Below are positions 12,642 through 26,600 of a DNA stretch of 64,000 nucleotides, piece by piece. The DNA comes from Balanoglossus misakiensis. Its lineage: Eukaryota > Animalia > Hemichordata. A program made the position numbers and the translations under genes. Numbering within the stretch: the first letter of the stretch is position 1; every line of letters starts with the position of its first letter. The stretch lies in NCBI GenBank assembly GCA_040954595.2, contig CM082580.2:12946242-13010241 (forward strand), given 5' to 3'. Under the pieces are notes generated by a model, which made no database searches, had not been told where the DNA came from, and worked only from the letters and a program-made list of their open reading frames with translations.

Positions 12642-13463
12642 CTTGGCATCTCCTTTCATATGGATAGTATTGGATATAGAATCTCTTTCATTTGTTCTGT
12701 ATTTACACATATTATGAAAAAAAAGTGACGTGGATTTCTTTTGAGTTCGAAATATTTAGCATTATGTACCAAAAAAAAGTTTACATTTTTTTCATTTGTC
12801 GTGAAAACATGAAAATCATGTCACAAAGTGACCAGATATATTGAGTGTCTACATCAATTACTCTCTAGTGTGTAGATAAGTACTGAGGAACAAGTTGATT
12901 TTCATCAAAAACTGCAGCAATTTTAACTCTTCTTCACCTGTTTCCCTGCATATTTATGGGAAAAGGAGGGGTGAATCTAAATGCACTGCTGAGAGGTTTA
13001 ATCTGTGTAAGAATCAATAACTGTTGTGATATTCTTTTAACATGGATGGAAATAAAATCGATCATTCTCAATGAACACATACTGTGATGTGTGTTTTTTG
13101 CGTGTATGTTTCTGTTCTGTTGTCTTGTGTAGACTGATGTGTTATCCTTACAGCAATTTGTTGGTGACGTCATTAAAACCTCCAACACTGAACTCCTTTC
13201 TCTACAGTGATATTTATCATACTCGCCGTTGGTGGCGAAATTTTAAAATGAGAACAGACAAAACCGTCCGTGTTCTGGCTATGTACCCGCGTTATCAATA
13301 TTTATTACTTTGTAGTGATCTTGTATTTCATGATTTCTCTCAGTCTGAAAGCTGTCTTTGCAGTTTACCATTGGATTGATGAGGTTGAAAAAAATATTAA
13401 ACATAATAAAGATTGCACATAAACTGGAAGTTGTACGGTAGTTCTCTTTTTTGAGGATGTGGT

Positions 13464-13479
13464 GGCCCTGAAAAGGGCC
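13464..13479 (-). terminator. Histone 3' stem-loop of H2A copy 1, followed by the HDE
   Basis: Minus strand reads GGCCCTTTTCAGGGCC-ACCAC...AAAAAGAGAACTACCG. Confidence 0.95.
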
Positions 13480-13511
13480 TTTTGGTTTGTGTATGCTAAA
13501 AAGCACACGAT

Positions 13512-14193
<682 letters not shown>

Positions 14194-14562
14194 ATGCCTC
14201 CAAAAGCCAGTGGAAAAGCCGCCAAGAAGGCCGGTAAGGCCAAAGCCGCACGCACCGGCGACAAGAAGAGAAAGAGGCGAAGGAAGGAAAGCTATGGTAT
14301 CTACATCTACAAAGTCCTGAAACAGGTCCACCCCGATACTGGTGTCTCCTCCAAAGCCATGTCTATCATGAACAGCTTTGTCAACGACATCTTCGAGCGT
14401 ATCGCCGCTGAAGCTTCCCGCTTGGCCCACTACAACAAGCGTTCCACCATCACCAGCAGAGAGATCCAGACCGCTGTCCGTCTCCTGCTGCCCGGTGAAC
14501 TTGCCAAGCACGCCGTCAGTGAGGGCACCAAAGCCGTCACCAAATACACCAGCTCCAAGTAA
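14194..14562 (+). CDS. H2B: Replication-dependent histone H2B
   Basis: Intronless 122-aa ORF with [20 protein letters not shown]...[16 protein letters not shown]. Confidence 0.98.
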   Translation: MPPKASGKAAKKAGKAKAARTGDKKRKRRRKESYGIYIYKVLKQVHPDTGVSSKAMSIMNSFVNDIFERIAAEASRLAHYNKRSTITSREIQTAVRLLLPGELAKHAVSEGTKAVTKYTSSK

Positions 14563-14591
14563 ATTGTATGCCCAGCATACACAAACCAAAC

Positions 14592-14607
14592 GGCCCTTTT
14601 CAGGGCC
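14592..14607 (+). terminator. Histone 3' stem-loop of H2B copy 1
   Basis: GGCCCTTTTCAGGGCC followed by ACCAC and AAAAAGAGAACTACCG. Confidence 0.95.
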
Positions 14608-15477
14608 ACCACATACTCCAAAAAGAGAACTACCGTAAACTCATTCACTTTCCGCAAACTCAAAAGTAGATTATCAAAAGTGTTTCTCCCGTACGAAGAG
14701 AACCAAATACCAATAGTACATACATGGCTCTCCTCAGTGCTTGGAACCAAAGCAAATTAATGGCATGCCACCAGGGCAAATATTTCCTGCTATGAAAAGG
14801 TCTTTTTGGGTCACCGGGTGTGCCCGTCTGTAGAAATTCTTCTGATAATTCTCTGAGAAACAAGGAGTGAAAATGTGCGTATGTCCTTTTGGCCAAAGTT
14901 GACGGGATGCACCACAGCAAATCGTAGCCACCCTCGGCTGCGAAGGCAGGACATTCCACATACAAACATCGAAAAGAAGAAAATAAAAGTAAGGAGTCAT
15001 GGATTCATAATCAAAAGTGTGGTCACCAGAATAATGCAGCTGTTTTGGCTTAAGTTACTCAATCCAGTTTAATGAGTACAATTACATGCGATACACTCCA
15101 GTATATTGGACTGGTTCATCCATACACACTAGCTCCATGCAAACACCACTGATGCATACACCAACAGCTCAAAATGCAGAGATTGATTATTTACTCAAAT
15201 AAACATGGCAGCGATATACATGAATCACATTCATAGCAGTCTGCCAAAAACATGAAGATTTAGGTGTATGGCGTAGTGCCATGGTCAATGCCACAATATT
15301 GAATCTTTCCTACATTACACTCCAATCACCTGGAATCGACAACAAGACATTTTGGGGGGATGGGGGGGGGGGGGCTACATGTATCAGCAATCAACAAGGG
15401 AACTGCAAGCGACCTGTATAATTTTAGTTTGAACTTCCATGGTTTAGACAAGGTGGGAAACCCTGGTGGGAAACGAA

Positions 15478-15968
<491 letters not shown>

Positions 15969-15996
15969 ATTTTACACAACAAAATCCAAACCAAAA

Positions 15997-16012
15997 GGCC
16001 CTTTTCAGGGCC
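15997..16012 (+). terminator. Histone 3' stem-loop of H4
   Basis: GGCCCTTTTCAGGGCC followed by the HDE AAAAAGAGAACTACCG. Confidence 0.95.
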
Positions 16013-16912
16013 ACCACATCCTCAAAAAAGAGAACTACCGAAAACTTCACACTAACATACATGTTCATATGGACTGAGTTCATATACCCTTGCATTGCAC
16101 TCCGTTTCTCGTAGTTGGTGCTACGTGGATTTTTCTGGCAGTTTTGTGCATCCAACTCCCAAATGAAAGTGGTAGAGAATTTTCAGAGTGTAAAACTTTC
16201 TCCGTTGTCTAGCAGGGCGGTGACACAGTACAAGATAAAAGTTTTTTATCAAATTTTAAAGTTAAACTCAGACGTGTCCTGTCCTTAGGCTTGACACAAA
16301 ATGCTTGATGGTGTATGATGAAACTGGCGAAGAACTTTAGAAAGTTTGTGAGTATGACAGTAATGTCAATTTATCTCATCTCACCCAGAATCAATACTGA
16401 CTGCGAAATAAGTGCTCCAAATCATGTTGTCAATGTATGCACTGTAAACGGTTCCCAGATGATTAGTGCTATTGTACGACGGTCATACACCTCGGACATA
16501 TGGCTCCCACTTTTACCCAGAACAAAAGTACAAGAACGATTGTCACCTCACATTTTATCACAGATTACCCGGAATGGGGTGAAAAAGCTCCGTGTATTGT
16601 CATAAATGCTGTAGTGAGAACACATTATGTGTGTGCTAGTGGCTGTATCAATAAGTACTGGTACCTTGTTATCGTACTAGAATTGTTAGACAGCTGTGAT
16701 ATGCAGGTTATTGTCACCATGGAATATTCACATTGAATATTACAACCAATTTATTTTATATGTTTTGACGTCGCATTGTACTGATATCTGGGCTAACATA
16801 CTATAATTTTACCATGGATCTTAGTGTATGTATATGTCTTCATAACAAATCGTATTGTAATATCATGACGATTGTGCGAGAGTTCGGTAGTTCTCTTTTT
16901 TGAGGATGTGGT

Positions 16913-16928
16913 GGCCCTGAAAAGGGCC
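16913..16928 (-). terminator. Histone 3' stem-loop of H2A copy 2
   Basis: Reverse complement of GGCCCTTTTCAGGGCC, with the HDE. Confidence 0.95.
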
Positions 16929-16960
16929 GTTTGGTTTGTGTATGCTACAAAGCACACAAT

Positions 16961-17395
<435 letters not shown>

Positions 17396-17642
17396 TTATT
17401 TATACAGTAGGCTTGGATTCAGGCCAGGGTTAAACTCGACCAATCAGTTCAAAGTGTTAAGCATTAACAAAGGGCATATGTACTTAAGTACTTAACATTA
17501 TTCACTCCCCATTGGCAGCCTGCCCCACTGGTAGGGCTTCCCGCCTAAAGCGTTGAATCCTTCATTTGCATGCGTTTCATTATAAATAGAGACCACTTCC
17601 CTGTGGTCGGCATTCTGAACTTCTCAAGCACAGTCGTTCATC

Positions 17643-18011
17643 ATGCCTCCAAAAGCCAGTGGTAAAGCCGCCAAGAAAGCCGGTAAGGCCAAAGCCGCAC
17701 GCACCGGCGACAAGAAGAGAAAGAGGCGAAGGAAGGAAAGCTATGGTATCTACATCTACAAGGTCCTGAAACAGGTCCACCCCGATACTGGTGTCTCCTC
17801 CAAAGCCATGTCCATCATGAACAGCTTTGTCAACGACATCTTCGAGCGTATCGCCGCTGAAGCTTCCCGCTTGGCCCACTACAACAAGCGTTCCACCATC
17901 ACCAGCAGAGAGATCCAGACCGCTGTCCGTCTCCTGCTGCCCGGTGAACTCGCCAAGCACGCCGTCAGTGAGGGCACCAAAGCCGTCACCAAATACACCA
18001 GCTCCAAGTAA
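17643..18011 (+). CDS. H2B: Replication-dependent histone H2B (protein identical to copy 1)
   Basis: 122-aa ORF with only synonymous differences from copy 1. Confidence 0.98.
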   Translation: MPPKASGKAAKKAGKAKAARTGDKKRKRRRKESYGIYIYKVLKQVHPDTGVSSKAMSIMNSFVNDIFERIAAEASRLAHYNKRSTITSREIQTAVRLLLPGELAKHAVSEGTKAVTKYTSSK

Positions 18012-18040
18012 ATTGTATGCCCAGCATACACATACCAAAC

Positions 18041-18056
18041 GGCCCTTTTCAGGGCC
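18041..18056 (+). terminator. Histone 3' stem-loop of H2B copy 2
   Basis: GGCCCTTTTCAGGGCC followed by the HDE. Confidence 0.95.
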
Positions 18057-21000
18057 ACCACATTCTCCAAAAAGAGAACTACCGTAAACTTATTCACTTT
18101 CCGCAAACTCTGAACCTCCCTTGAACTATGGAGGTACATGTACTTAGTACCTTCATGCTGGAACACGGTCACTCTGTCATTTTAGCATAAGGACTCTCGT
18201 TCTGAGAGTAGGTGACACCTGTGTAAATACTGCACCCCTTAAATTTCACTTCGGCCATCGCCATAGAAACGTACTTTGTATTTCTGAAGCTATAATCAGA
18301 ATTGATAACCCTAATCCCGATTGCACTGAACAGTTGCAGAATACGAAGTGGAAGTCAGTCAAGTAATCTTTTTCAATTGATGTTTAGAAGGCTTCGGCCC
18401 GCCAACTCCATTCTTATCTCCAGATTGTGAAGCCATTTAATATAGTACTCGATGAAAGTCATGACATGTGTTCGGTTTCAACAATTGCGGGGGAATATTG
18501 AACTGAACCCTGGGGATTTTTCATGACATGCGTGCAGTTTGTCGCCCTACTCATTGCATGTAGTTCTTGGGTGTGATTCAATATGTCTTTTTTTATAAAG
18601 AGGGCGACCTTCCAAACCATGGCCTCATCTCCAAGGAGACAACGCGAGAACGAGGCCCGTATGTCACAGAGTATACGGTGTCATGATTCAAGTTTTTGCA
18701 TATTCAAAGTTTCTTTTGTTAACTCTTTGGTGAACTAATTTTTGCATATTCAGAGCGCATCTGTGTGAGTAGCCTATCACGTTGTACCTTTGTCGCAATG
18801 CGGTACCCCCCCCCCCCCGGAGTGTGCAGCAAGAGAATGGTAGCAGCGACGGTTTTGCTTTGTGGATTTGTTCTCTGCGTCCGAGATTTGTGTAGCTGTA
18901 ATTTTGGGAATTTGAAATACTGGTTTGTTGTACATGTATATATGATACAAGTTGGATGTAAAACTTACCTTATAATAAAATGCGGCTGTCGAGCGTCGGT
19001 CCCAAATATAGCGACGATACACAAGACGAAAAAGTTTTTACTCTATGAGGAAAACCTGAAAATATTTTTTATCATTTACCGGAACGGAGAAGCGTCTGAT
19101 AGCTTCCACCACAAAACACTGAGTGAGTCTAAAAATAGACGCAGAGAATGATCCCTGCTGACGGTTGTTACTTTTGACAAGAGATCAATACCTCATCGAC
19201 GAGTACACGGGGTTATAGGTTTGTCTGCACGTGACACGGGTCACTGGTTAAGGTTTTCCGCTTGAGTTCCCGGATGTCCGTGTATCCCTTGAGGGGGACA
19301 CGATACGTCCACGCAATTCTTGATCTCGCGGTAAATGGCGTGAAATTGATTTGTTTCCCAGTGGCAGACTCTAAGTTAAGCAGAACAGAATAGATCATCT
19401 ACTGTCTATCTGAGACTATTTCCCTTATTTTTTATCTGAAGAGTATTTTCAGATGTCTATTTTGGTGACTTTATCTAGTTGGCTTTATATGTCGCGTCGG
19501 GTCACTGGCCATCTGAAGATTTGATATCGTGGCAGCAAATTAAATTCCGCCGCCGATTTTCAACCTATGACAATCCACCTTTGATATAGAACTTTACGGG
19601 GATAGACTTTTCGCCTTGATTGGCTCGTCGGTAGAGTGTCTTGATCTCCTTTCTCGATTTAACGAAGGAGAACATAGCTTTAAATTCAACATTTTCGGAG
19701 GTAATCACCCGCAGTTGCAGTATTAGGCCCAAATGACGCAATTTAAATTCGGAATGAACTCTATGTACGAAAGACTAAATTTGAGATCATGAGAAATATA
19801 TAAACAGTGACTGCTACGAGAGCGCTGCTTTTGAGAATTAAGTTCAAAGTCGCTGATATGAGACCTTCTGCTAAATATGCTGAAGTATGTGTTATCCATC
19901 ATAAACATCGTTTTGCTTTTAGATATGTTACGACTAGCTGGCAACTTATCGGTCACGATTAGCAAACCTCAACACATGACAGTTCGTTTATTTTCGATAA
20001 TGGTTTTCCCGTGTTTCTTCGTCTGGACTTTTACTACTTAATATACCTAATCAAATTTACAAGGACATCTTCCTAGAAGCATATCCTTGCTTTCAGTTAT
20101 TTGTGGTAGTCACCACAGCATTCATATAAGCCATGATCATTCGTGTGTATATGAGCAACCGGAGGTGTTAGGTTAATCTAACATTTGTTAAAAGACTATG
20201 GGTCATAAGTGTGCTCGAACAAATAACAATAAATACGATCCTTTCACGATAGATGACAAGGTTTGAACTTTCTGTGATGTTAATTGTGCACGAAAACTCA
20301 TTATTGCGAAACCCGTGTGACTGCTTGTGTATATACGGAACAGACCGATTACATTCGCCGTCTTATCAACAGGCGTTTTCTCATTTGTTCTCGTCAATGA
20401 GGTCATTTGGAGACATCATTGCAGATCCCTCGAGGCATCACGGATTGATTCGAAGGCGGATAGTCAGATTGCTTTCCGCTTTTGACGTTTTCGAAGTGAA
20501 ACTTCAGGATGAATATAGGCGGGTGTAGGAAGAGTGATTCAGTTTCATTATTTAGACGCAGGAGACGACACCACGGCCAGTGTCAAGATGATAATACTTC
20601 ATCAATAATCAATGATGATAGACATATACAAAATGCAATGTCAATTACGACAGCAGAGAAACCAACACAGCCTGGGGGAAAGTCGATCAAGAGAGGGCAG
20701 TTGTTTCACGGCAAGCGTCAAAATGACGATGGAGACAGGCGTTCATATTGTCGTGTTCACGTATTCAACAAATGTTCTGTCTGCAAGACTGGGAATAGGT
20801 ACTAGTACTCTGATACAGGGTTGAGATACATTTGATTCAGGAGGAAAATGAGCTGAGATGTGTTGAGAAGTTCAGCCTTCTGCTTAATGAGGCATGGTGG
20901 CACATTACATGTACATAACCTTTGGGGAAATGATGACCTTGTTGTCATCCTTCCACAATAATCAACAGTGACATCCCATACGGGGGGGGGGGGGGCGCTC

Positions 21001-22716
21001 TGGCAACATGAAAATAGATACTCAGAAAATGTAATTATTTTAGGAGAGACTTGCTCGTATATTCTGTTGATAGCTTAGTTTCTTACCATCTTCCACATTC
21101 AAGGTATTATACTAGCCATATTTGGTATTTTTACATCGAATGTATTGATTGCATTTCGGCGTCGCCGTCAGGATTGCTGAAACACCTCACCTTAATAGTG
21201 TGCAGATAACCTCCACCCACATTGCGCTTTTGATTATCTACATGTAGTAGCTAGCTCACATCACACATCCACTATTTTTGTGCATCACTTGGGAATACAG
21301 TGTGCTGTCTGCATCTACAAGTATATCGATCGAGTACCTATTGAAAGTCACACTAACGCTGAATCTTTGAACAGGGGTGACCAACATATCGTCCTTTGCG
21401 TCTGTGTTCATGAGCATTACCTATATTTTGTATGTTTATTTCCTCTGCCTCTTAGTCAGATCACTTTGTCTGTGGTCAGATGGATTTACTATTACTGACA
21501 CCTATGTGCTACTACACACAGTGCGTCTGTTCCCACGTGTATTTTTTGCATACCAAGACTACAGAGTCTTAACGTCGAAGTGGATTTGTCTGTCTTGCTG
21601 ACCAATTACCGATCTGTCTGTTGTCTTCAAATCCTGATAGTCGTGGCCTATGCACTTATACATGTATGACGTATTCTTGTGTGAGTGAAATATGCGCCTT
21701 CTCTGTAGCATTATCAAGGAGATGAAATGGAAACCAATTTAGATGGAAGGTCGATTCAACTCTGAATCAACCCGTGCTGCCTCAAGGTTTCCAGTGACGT
21801 CTCAAGATGGCCTCGTTACCTCGACCGCCACAAGAATGATAAGACGGTCAAGATAGGCCAGGATTGTCTCGTCAAAAGTCGATCACTGGGACGTCAAGAG
21901 CCAGGCCGTAACAACTGTCCGTTTTATCTAATGTAAAAGTTTAGTTTTTTTTATATCGATAAAGAATAAGAGTGTCAGAAATAACATTGATGTATTTTTC
22001 ACAACTATCACGAATTCAATAAGGCATGTCTTACTACCAACATTTTGGTGACAAGTCGTTGGTATTATTACCAGTGACGGTAAATCTCACATATACATGT
22101 AGTACATAAACCAATATATTTATGAAACATGGAAAACATGGAGTTTTACTCATTCTGTGGAACATTCGGAGCAGTAGCTCTCTTCTAACATCGATTAATT
22201 TCGCTGCTCCATTCAGTTGTACTGCTTTACACACTCAATATTATCAGTCTGGGCGAGTTCAACACCTGGAGCTCTTAGACCCGAATCGTTTTGTTGCCAG
22301 GACGATTTAATTTTCACCATGATGGAAAATAAACGTGCTCAGGGCAGAGTGTGATATAACACACCGGCATTCCCCTAATTGATTAGCGGCTTTGCGATAG
22401 CTTTTCTGTGTGTTTGGTGCTCACAATGGCACAGCCGCCACTTCGATGCAGGGGCATTTTAATGCCCGAGACACCGTGTACGCGTTTGAATAACGTCGCA
22501 ATCTAATAATGGCTTTCCAATAATAAAACGTGTTTTCTCGGATGTAAGTGACTTGGTGCGTAAAAGATCCGCGTCAGCTGCTAGCTGATGTTTTCATTTC
22601 AACTTTCTTAAGCCGTGTTGATGTTCATTATCCCCACAATATGTGACCGAATGTCTTCAGAAAGTGTCTTTTACGTCATATAGTCAACAAGCTGAAATTG
22701 TAGAACAAAGCTCAAA

Positions 22717-22768
22717 ACAAAATCGATAATGTGCTAATTAATACAAAATCGATAATATTCTAATTGAT
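22717..22768. repeat. Two tandem copies of a 26-bp unit
   Basis: ACAAAATCGATAATGTGCTAATTAAT followed by ACAAAATCGATAATATTCTAATTGAT. Confidence 0.7.
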
Positions 22769-23658
22769 ATTCATTGGTGATAGATTTATGTCACTTGTGT
22801 CGGATGTTTCCTCACGGCAAAGAAACATGTTTATCGGTTCTTCCGTCGTTGCAGTTCGTCTTTTCCGGGAATGGGCGCTACAAACTCGAAACTTAAACTA
22901 ACACACCGAACAAGACGTAAATCTCGATTGTCAGAAATAATGTCTATCAAAGGCCATATTTTTCATTTAATACCCTGTAGTAAGTGACCTGGAAGGAACT
23001 CATAATAACCTCGATATATGTGATCCACTTGCAAAGTAGACACAAAAAAGCTCCGAGCGATCGATGAACTTTGAGATATAAACATTTTATGGAAAACGTG
23101 GTTATGGAAAATATGGATCCGTTTACAGGAAATGCTGCACACGGAAAATTGATGAGTATACAATTAGTCTGACATGCGCAGTTGTGCAGTTTGAGTGCCG
23201 CTACATAGTGGTTCATTTCGCCTGGCCACAACGGTAACTATCAAGTCGCGTTTTGCTTTGTTGGAACAGTCTCTTGGCCGTATCAGCCATTTCGAATTTG
23301 TTTACATACATACCAGGATGTCCGGACCGGTTTTATCAACGTGTTGAGAATCTTTACCCACAAAAAGGAGCTCATTTATACACGTTTGGAATATTGGCGT
23401 GATTGCGAACATATACTTTGCCATGGTTGGCCATTCCTTCGATCAGATTGGATTCGCTGAGTATTACAATATCACTTCAACACCCTGGGGATGTAGACTA
23501 CGTGTTGACTAATGAGCATGGCGTTAAACCGTGGCTGCATTCGTTGATGTGCCATTTTTACCGGTCGACTGCTCAAAAATGCGTCCAGATTTGGGCTCAA
23601 AACCAATATGTTTATATTACAGCTAATATGCCATCTACAGGTGAACCCCACAAGTAAT

Positions 23659-26600
23659 ATGCAGGCGCAGATTACAGTCATCATAGCTCTGGTAACAGTT
23701 ACACAAGGTAAGCAACTTCGACCATATGTTTTCTACCTATATCGTTCTCTCTTATAATTAGTCTTTCGTATTCTGTGCGTCTGTGTTTTGGTCTGCCATG
23801 TCTATTGTGTATTCTCTTTGAACAACTTGGTGCATCTGGATTACAAGGGCGGAAATATTCACGGGAGAGTCATAATGTCCGATCGCTGGGCTTACAATGC
23901 GGAAAAATGCATACTGACTTGAAAGAGTATAGCGTTTTTAATTTGTATTCCTTGTCAAAGCAGAGTCCATGCCAAACCATACATGTACCATCTAGGCATG
24001 TTTTGGGCTTTAATTGCTTAACATCAGCTTACCGTTACCGTGTAATGTTTTATGAGTCGCGTGATTGAATGGTACAATTCTAGTAATCGAAATTGGTATC
24101 ATTTGTAGACAAACCCGCTCTATACACAATCATGATTGTTCTCTTTCCTGAAATCAGTGGTCGACACCGACAATTTCCGTAAAAGGAATATTTGAGCTAT
24201 TAATATGGTCAAGGAGATAATTAAACGAGACCATGGGAAAATAATTAATGCGTGCGAAAAAGGCAGCGTCGGTTGATGGAAACGAAGCGACACAAAACAG
24301 TGTGAAAGGAATACTCTATGGAGATGTGACTGTGATGACGGTATGTGTGTAGCGACAGCATTCCGCCTTCTCGTTGTTAAATTTCCAACAATGAAGATTG
24401 AATTTCATTGTATTAATGGCATCTACAAAATACCCTTACTCTGTAATTTGCGGTTCGTTTGTTTCATGTTCACGACACCATGGCAACGTCGAGACTGAAT
24501 AACGCAATTAAAACGCTCTTAAAACCTCTGATTTGTCGCCGGTGACACGCCATGTATCAATCTCTCTCTCTCTCCCTGAATGTACACGGACACACTTAAT
24601 AACATTCCACGGCTGAAATAAACATCGGTCACTCAGGCGTTGATGCGGCGGGGCTAGGCTCAGCTCATGAGAATCACCCAGGATTATTGACTAGTGATTT
24701 TCGTGATTAGAATGGCGAATTGCGTTGTTTTTTATTAATACCTTATTTTAACCCCTTGATCTGAGGTAGTTTGAAATCCATATCAATTTAAGTCAAAATG
24801 CTTCCCAAAGCGTGACTACAGACACGTTTTTAAACACAGGTAATGAATATGCAGCTTTAGATTTTTAACATTAATTGACTTTTGACTTGCTATATAGTCT
24901 TTAACAGCGAGGGCACAAACCGGTCAATTCCATCGCCAGGGATTGAAATAATATTTATTCAACAAAACTGTCCCGAATACACGAGAAATGAACTTCTGTG
25001 ACCGCGAAACATTTCGAGATGCCTTGAAAATGAAGAAATTGGGGAAAAATGGAAAATTGAAAAATGACAATCAATAGAAATATCCCACTTATGAGGATTC
25101 CGTCATCGCCAGTCACGTACACAACAATAACACATGAAGACATAAAACTGGCGAAATATAATCTAGAGTTTTTTTACTATACATTGATAATGCTACCATA
25201 GGAGACAGTTCATATAGCAGAAAATACAGGCGAGAATGTCATTCAAGGTCGTATAAATCTCCGCAGTAACTTCTAACTATGAAGTATTTCTCTCGTATTT
25301 CAGGAAAAAGTGATACGTACTTGAACAAGCTGTCTTCTTTATCATCAACACAGTCTGGGGTTGTGCAACAAATGTTGCCCATTAAGATAACACACGACCT
25401 CTTAACGGAAGTTGCGCGGACAGGAAATGACGTATTACTAAAGGGAATTACGTCACATAATATCCTGATACCTGGCATACAACACACCATAACTTGGAGT
25501 AAAGATAACAGCGTAATCACGTAAGTTATTCACTAAATGCTTCACTTTTTAAACGGTACAGAATAAGACCGAATGTTTAATATTCAATAATTCTAGCAAT
25601 TGTTTTTGACATTTTATGAAATTTGAGACGAATCATACAGATTACAAAAAAATTGATGACGTGTGGCCAATCTTAAATTCTCCGTGGCCTTGAAACGCAT
25701 TAAACGAATAATCCTTAATTTCAGATACGTGATGGGCGTACTCCCTAAAGTTGCAACAAGTAAACTAGCTTCGTTAATCTCAAATTGCTTGTGGCATATC
25801 TATGGTCTCCCGTCTAAGCGTGACATCTATGCCAGTGATAGACTCGATATACTTTTCACGATATCATTATGATACATCAATGTTTTGTCATAAACAAATA
25901 CCAGTCTCAGCCAAGCAACCATACTTGAATTCTTGTTGTTTTGTGATTTATATAGGTTACAATAAATGAAGACGGCTTCTTAACATTTTTCACAGATCAT
26001 ATAGCTTGGCGATAAATTAAACTACCCAGGCTTTGTTCGGAACATCGTAAATGTAGGTATATGTGTCAAAAGCGCGATTTCAGTAAAAGTATTCGCATTT
26101 TGCATTCTGAACCATACAGCTTCGTCATCAGTGAGACACCGCGAGTAGCTTCATTAACCAACCAAAAGCTTTGAACAGTCACGTGCAATCGTATACAACA
26201 GTATTTTATTAGTTGTCTGTGATCTGCGCCCTGTTATTGCCATTTTGCGAAACATTAAAGTGGGCATTTTTCCCGCCGGGAACGCATAACGGCGATAAAG
26301 TACTCTTTTTGCAACACCGTGCTGTGCTTCACTCCACGTTATTATTCCCATGTATATTCCCCTAGGGCAATAGCGTTTATATCACACTGATGATTTACCA
26401 CTGTACATGCTGTAATAAAATCTATTGATGTGCACAAACAAAGGCTCTCTGTGGGAGCATAGTGGATCCCATCGAGGCAACCAGCACAACATTGTAAAAC
26501 TCAGATCACCAATCCAAAAACACTTTATACTTGTTCCTTTGGCAATGATTCTCTCTATAAAATAGAAGATAGGCAAGGAGTCTGATTGAATTTCAATTCC

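Noticed and set aside
18306-18314. TAACCCTAA, resembling a telomerase RNA template
   Set aside because: A 9-mer is expected by chance (another occurs on the minus strand near 34420), and no pseudoknot or H/ACA structure was recognisable.
18505-18822. Possible MITE bounded by CCTGGGG ... GTACCCCCCCCCCCCGG
   Set aside because: The inverted repeat is too short and asymmetric and no TSD was found; a copy-number search would be needed.
19612-19660. tRNA-like 5' half (GCCTTGATTGGCTCGTCGGTAGAG)
   Set aside because: There is no T-loop/B box or acceptor stem; at most it is a decayed SINE head.
18200-23600. Short 60-130 aa ORFs here and in 38-53 kb
   Set aside because: No domain motifs, no consistent splice structure and no transposase/RT signatures; treated as non-coding.
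24762-24780. let-7-like TGAGGTAGT; also bantam-like GAGATCATTTT near 41474 and 45364
   Set aside because: Only seed-length matches, with no precursor hairpin.
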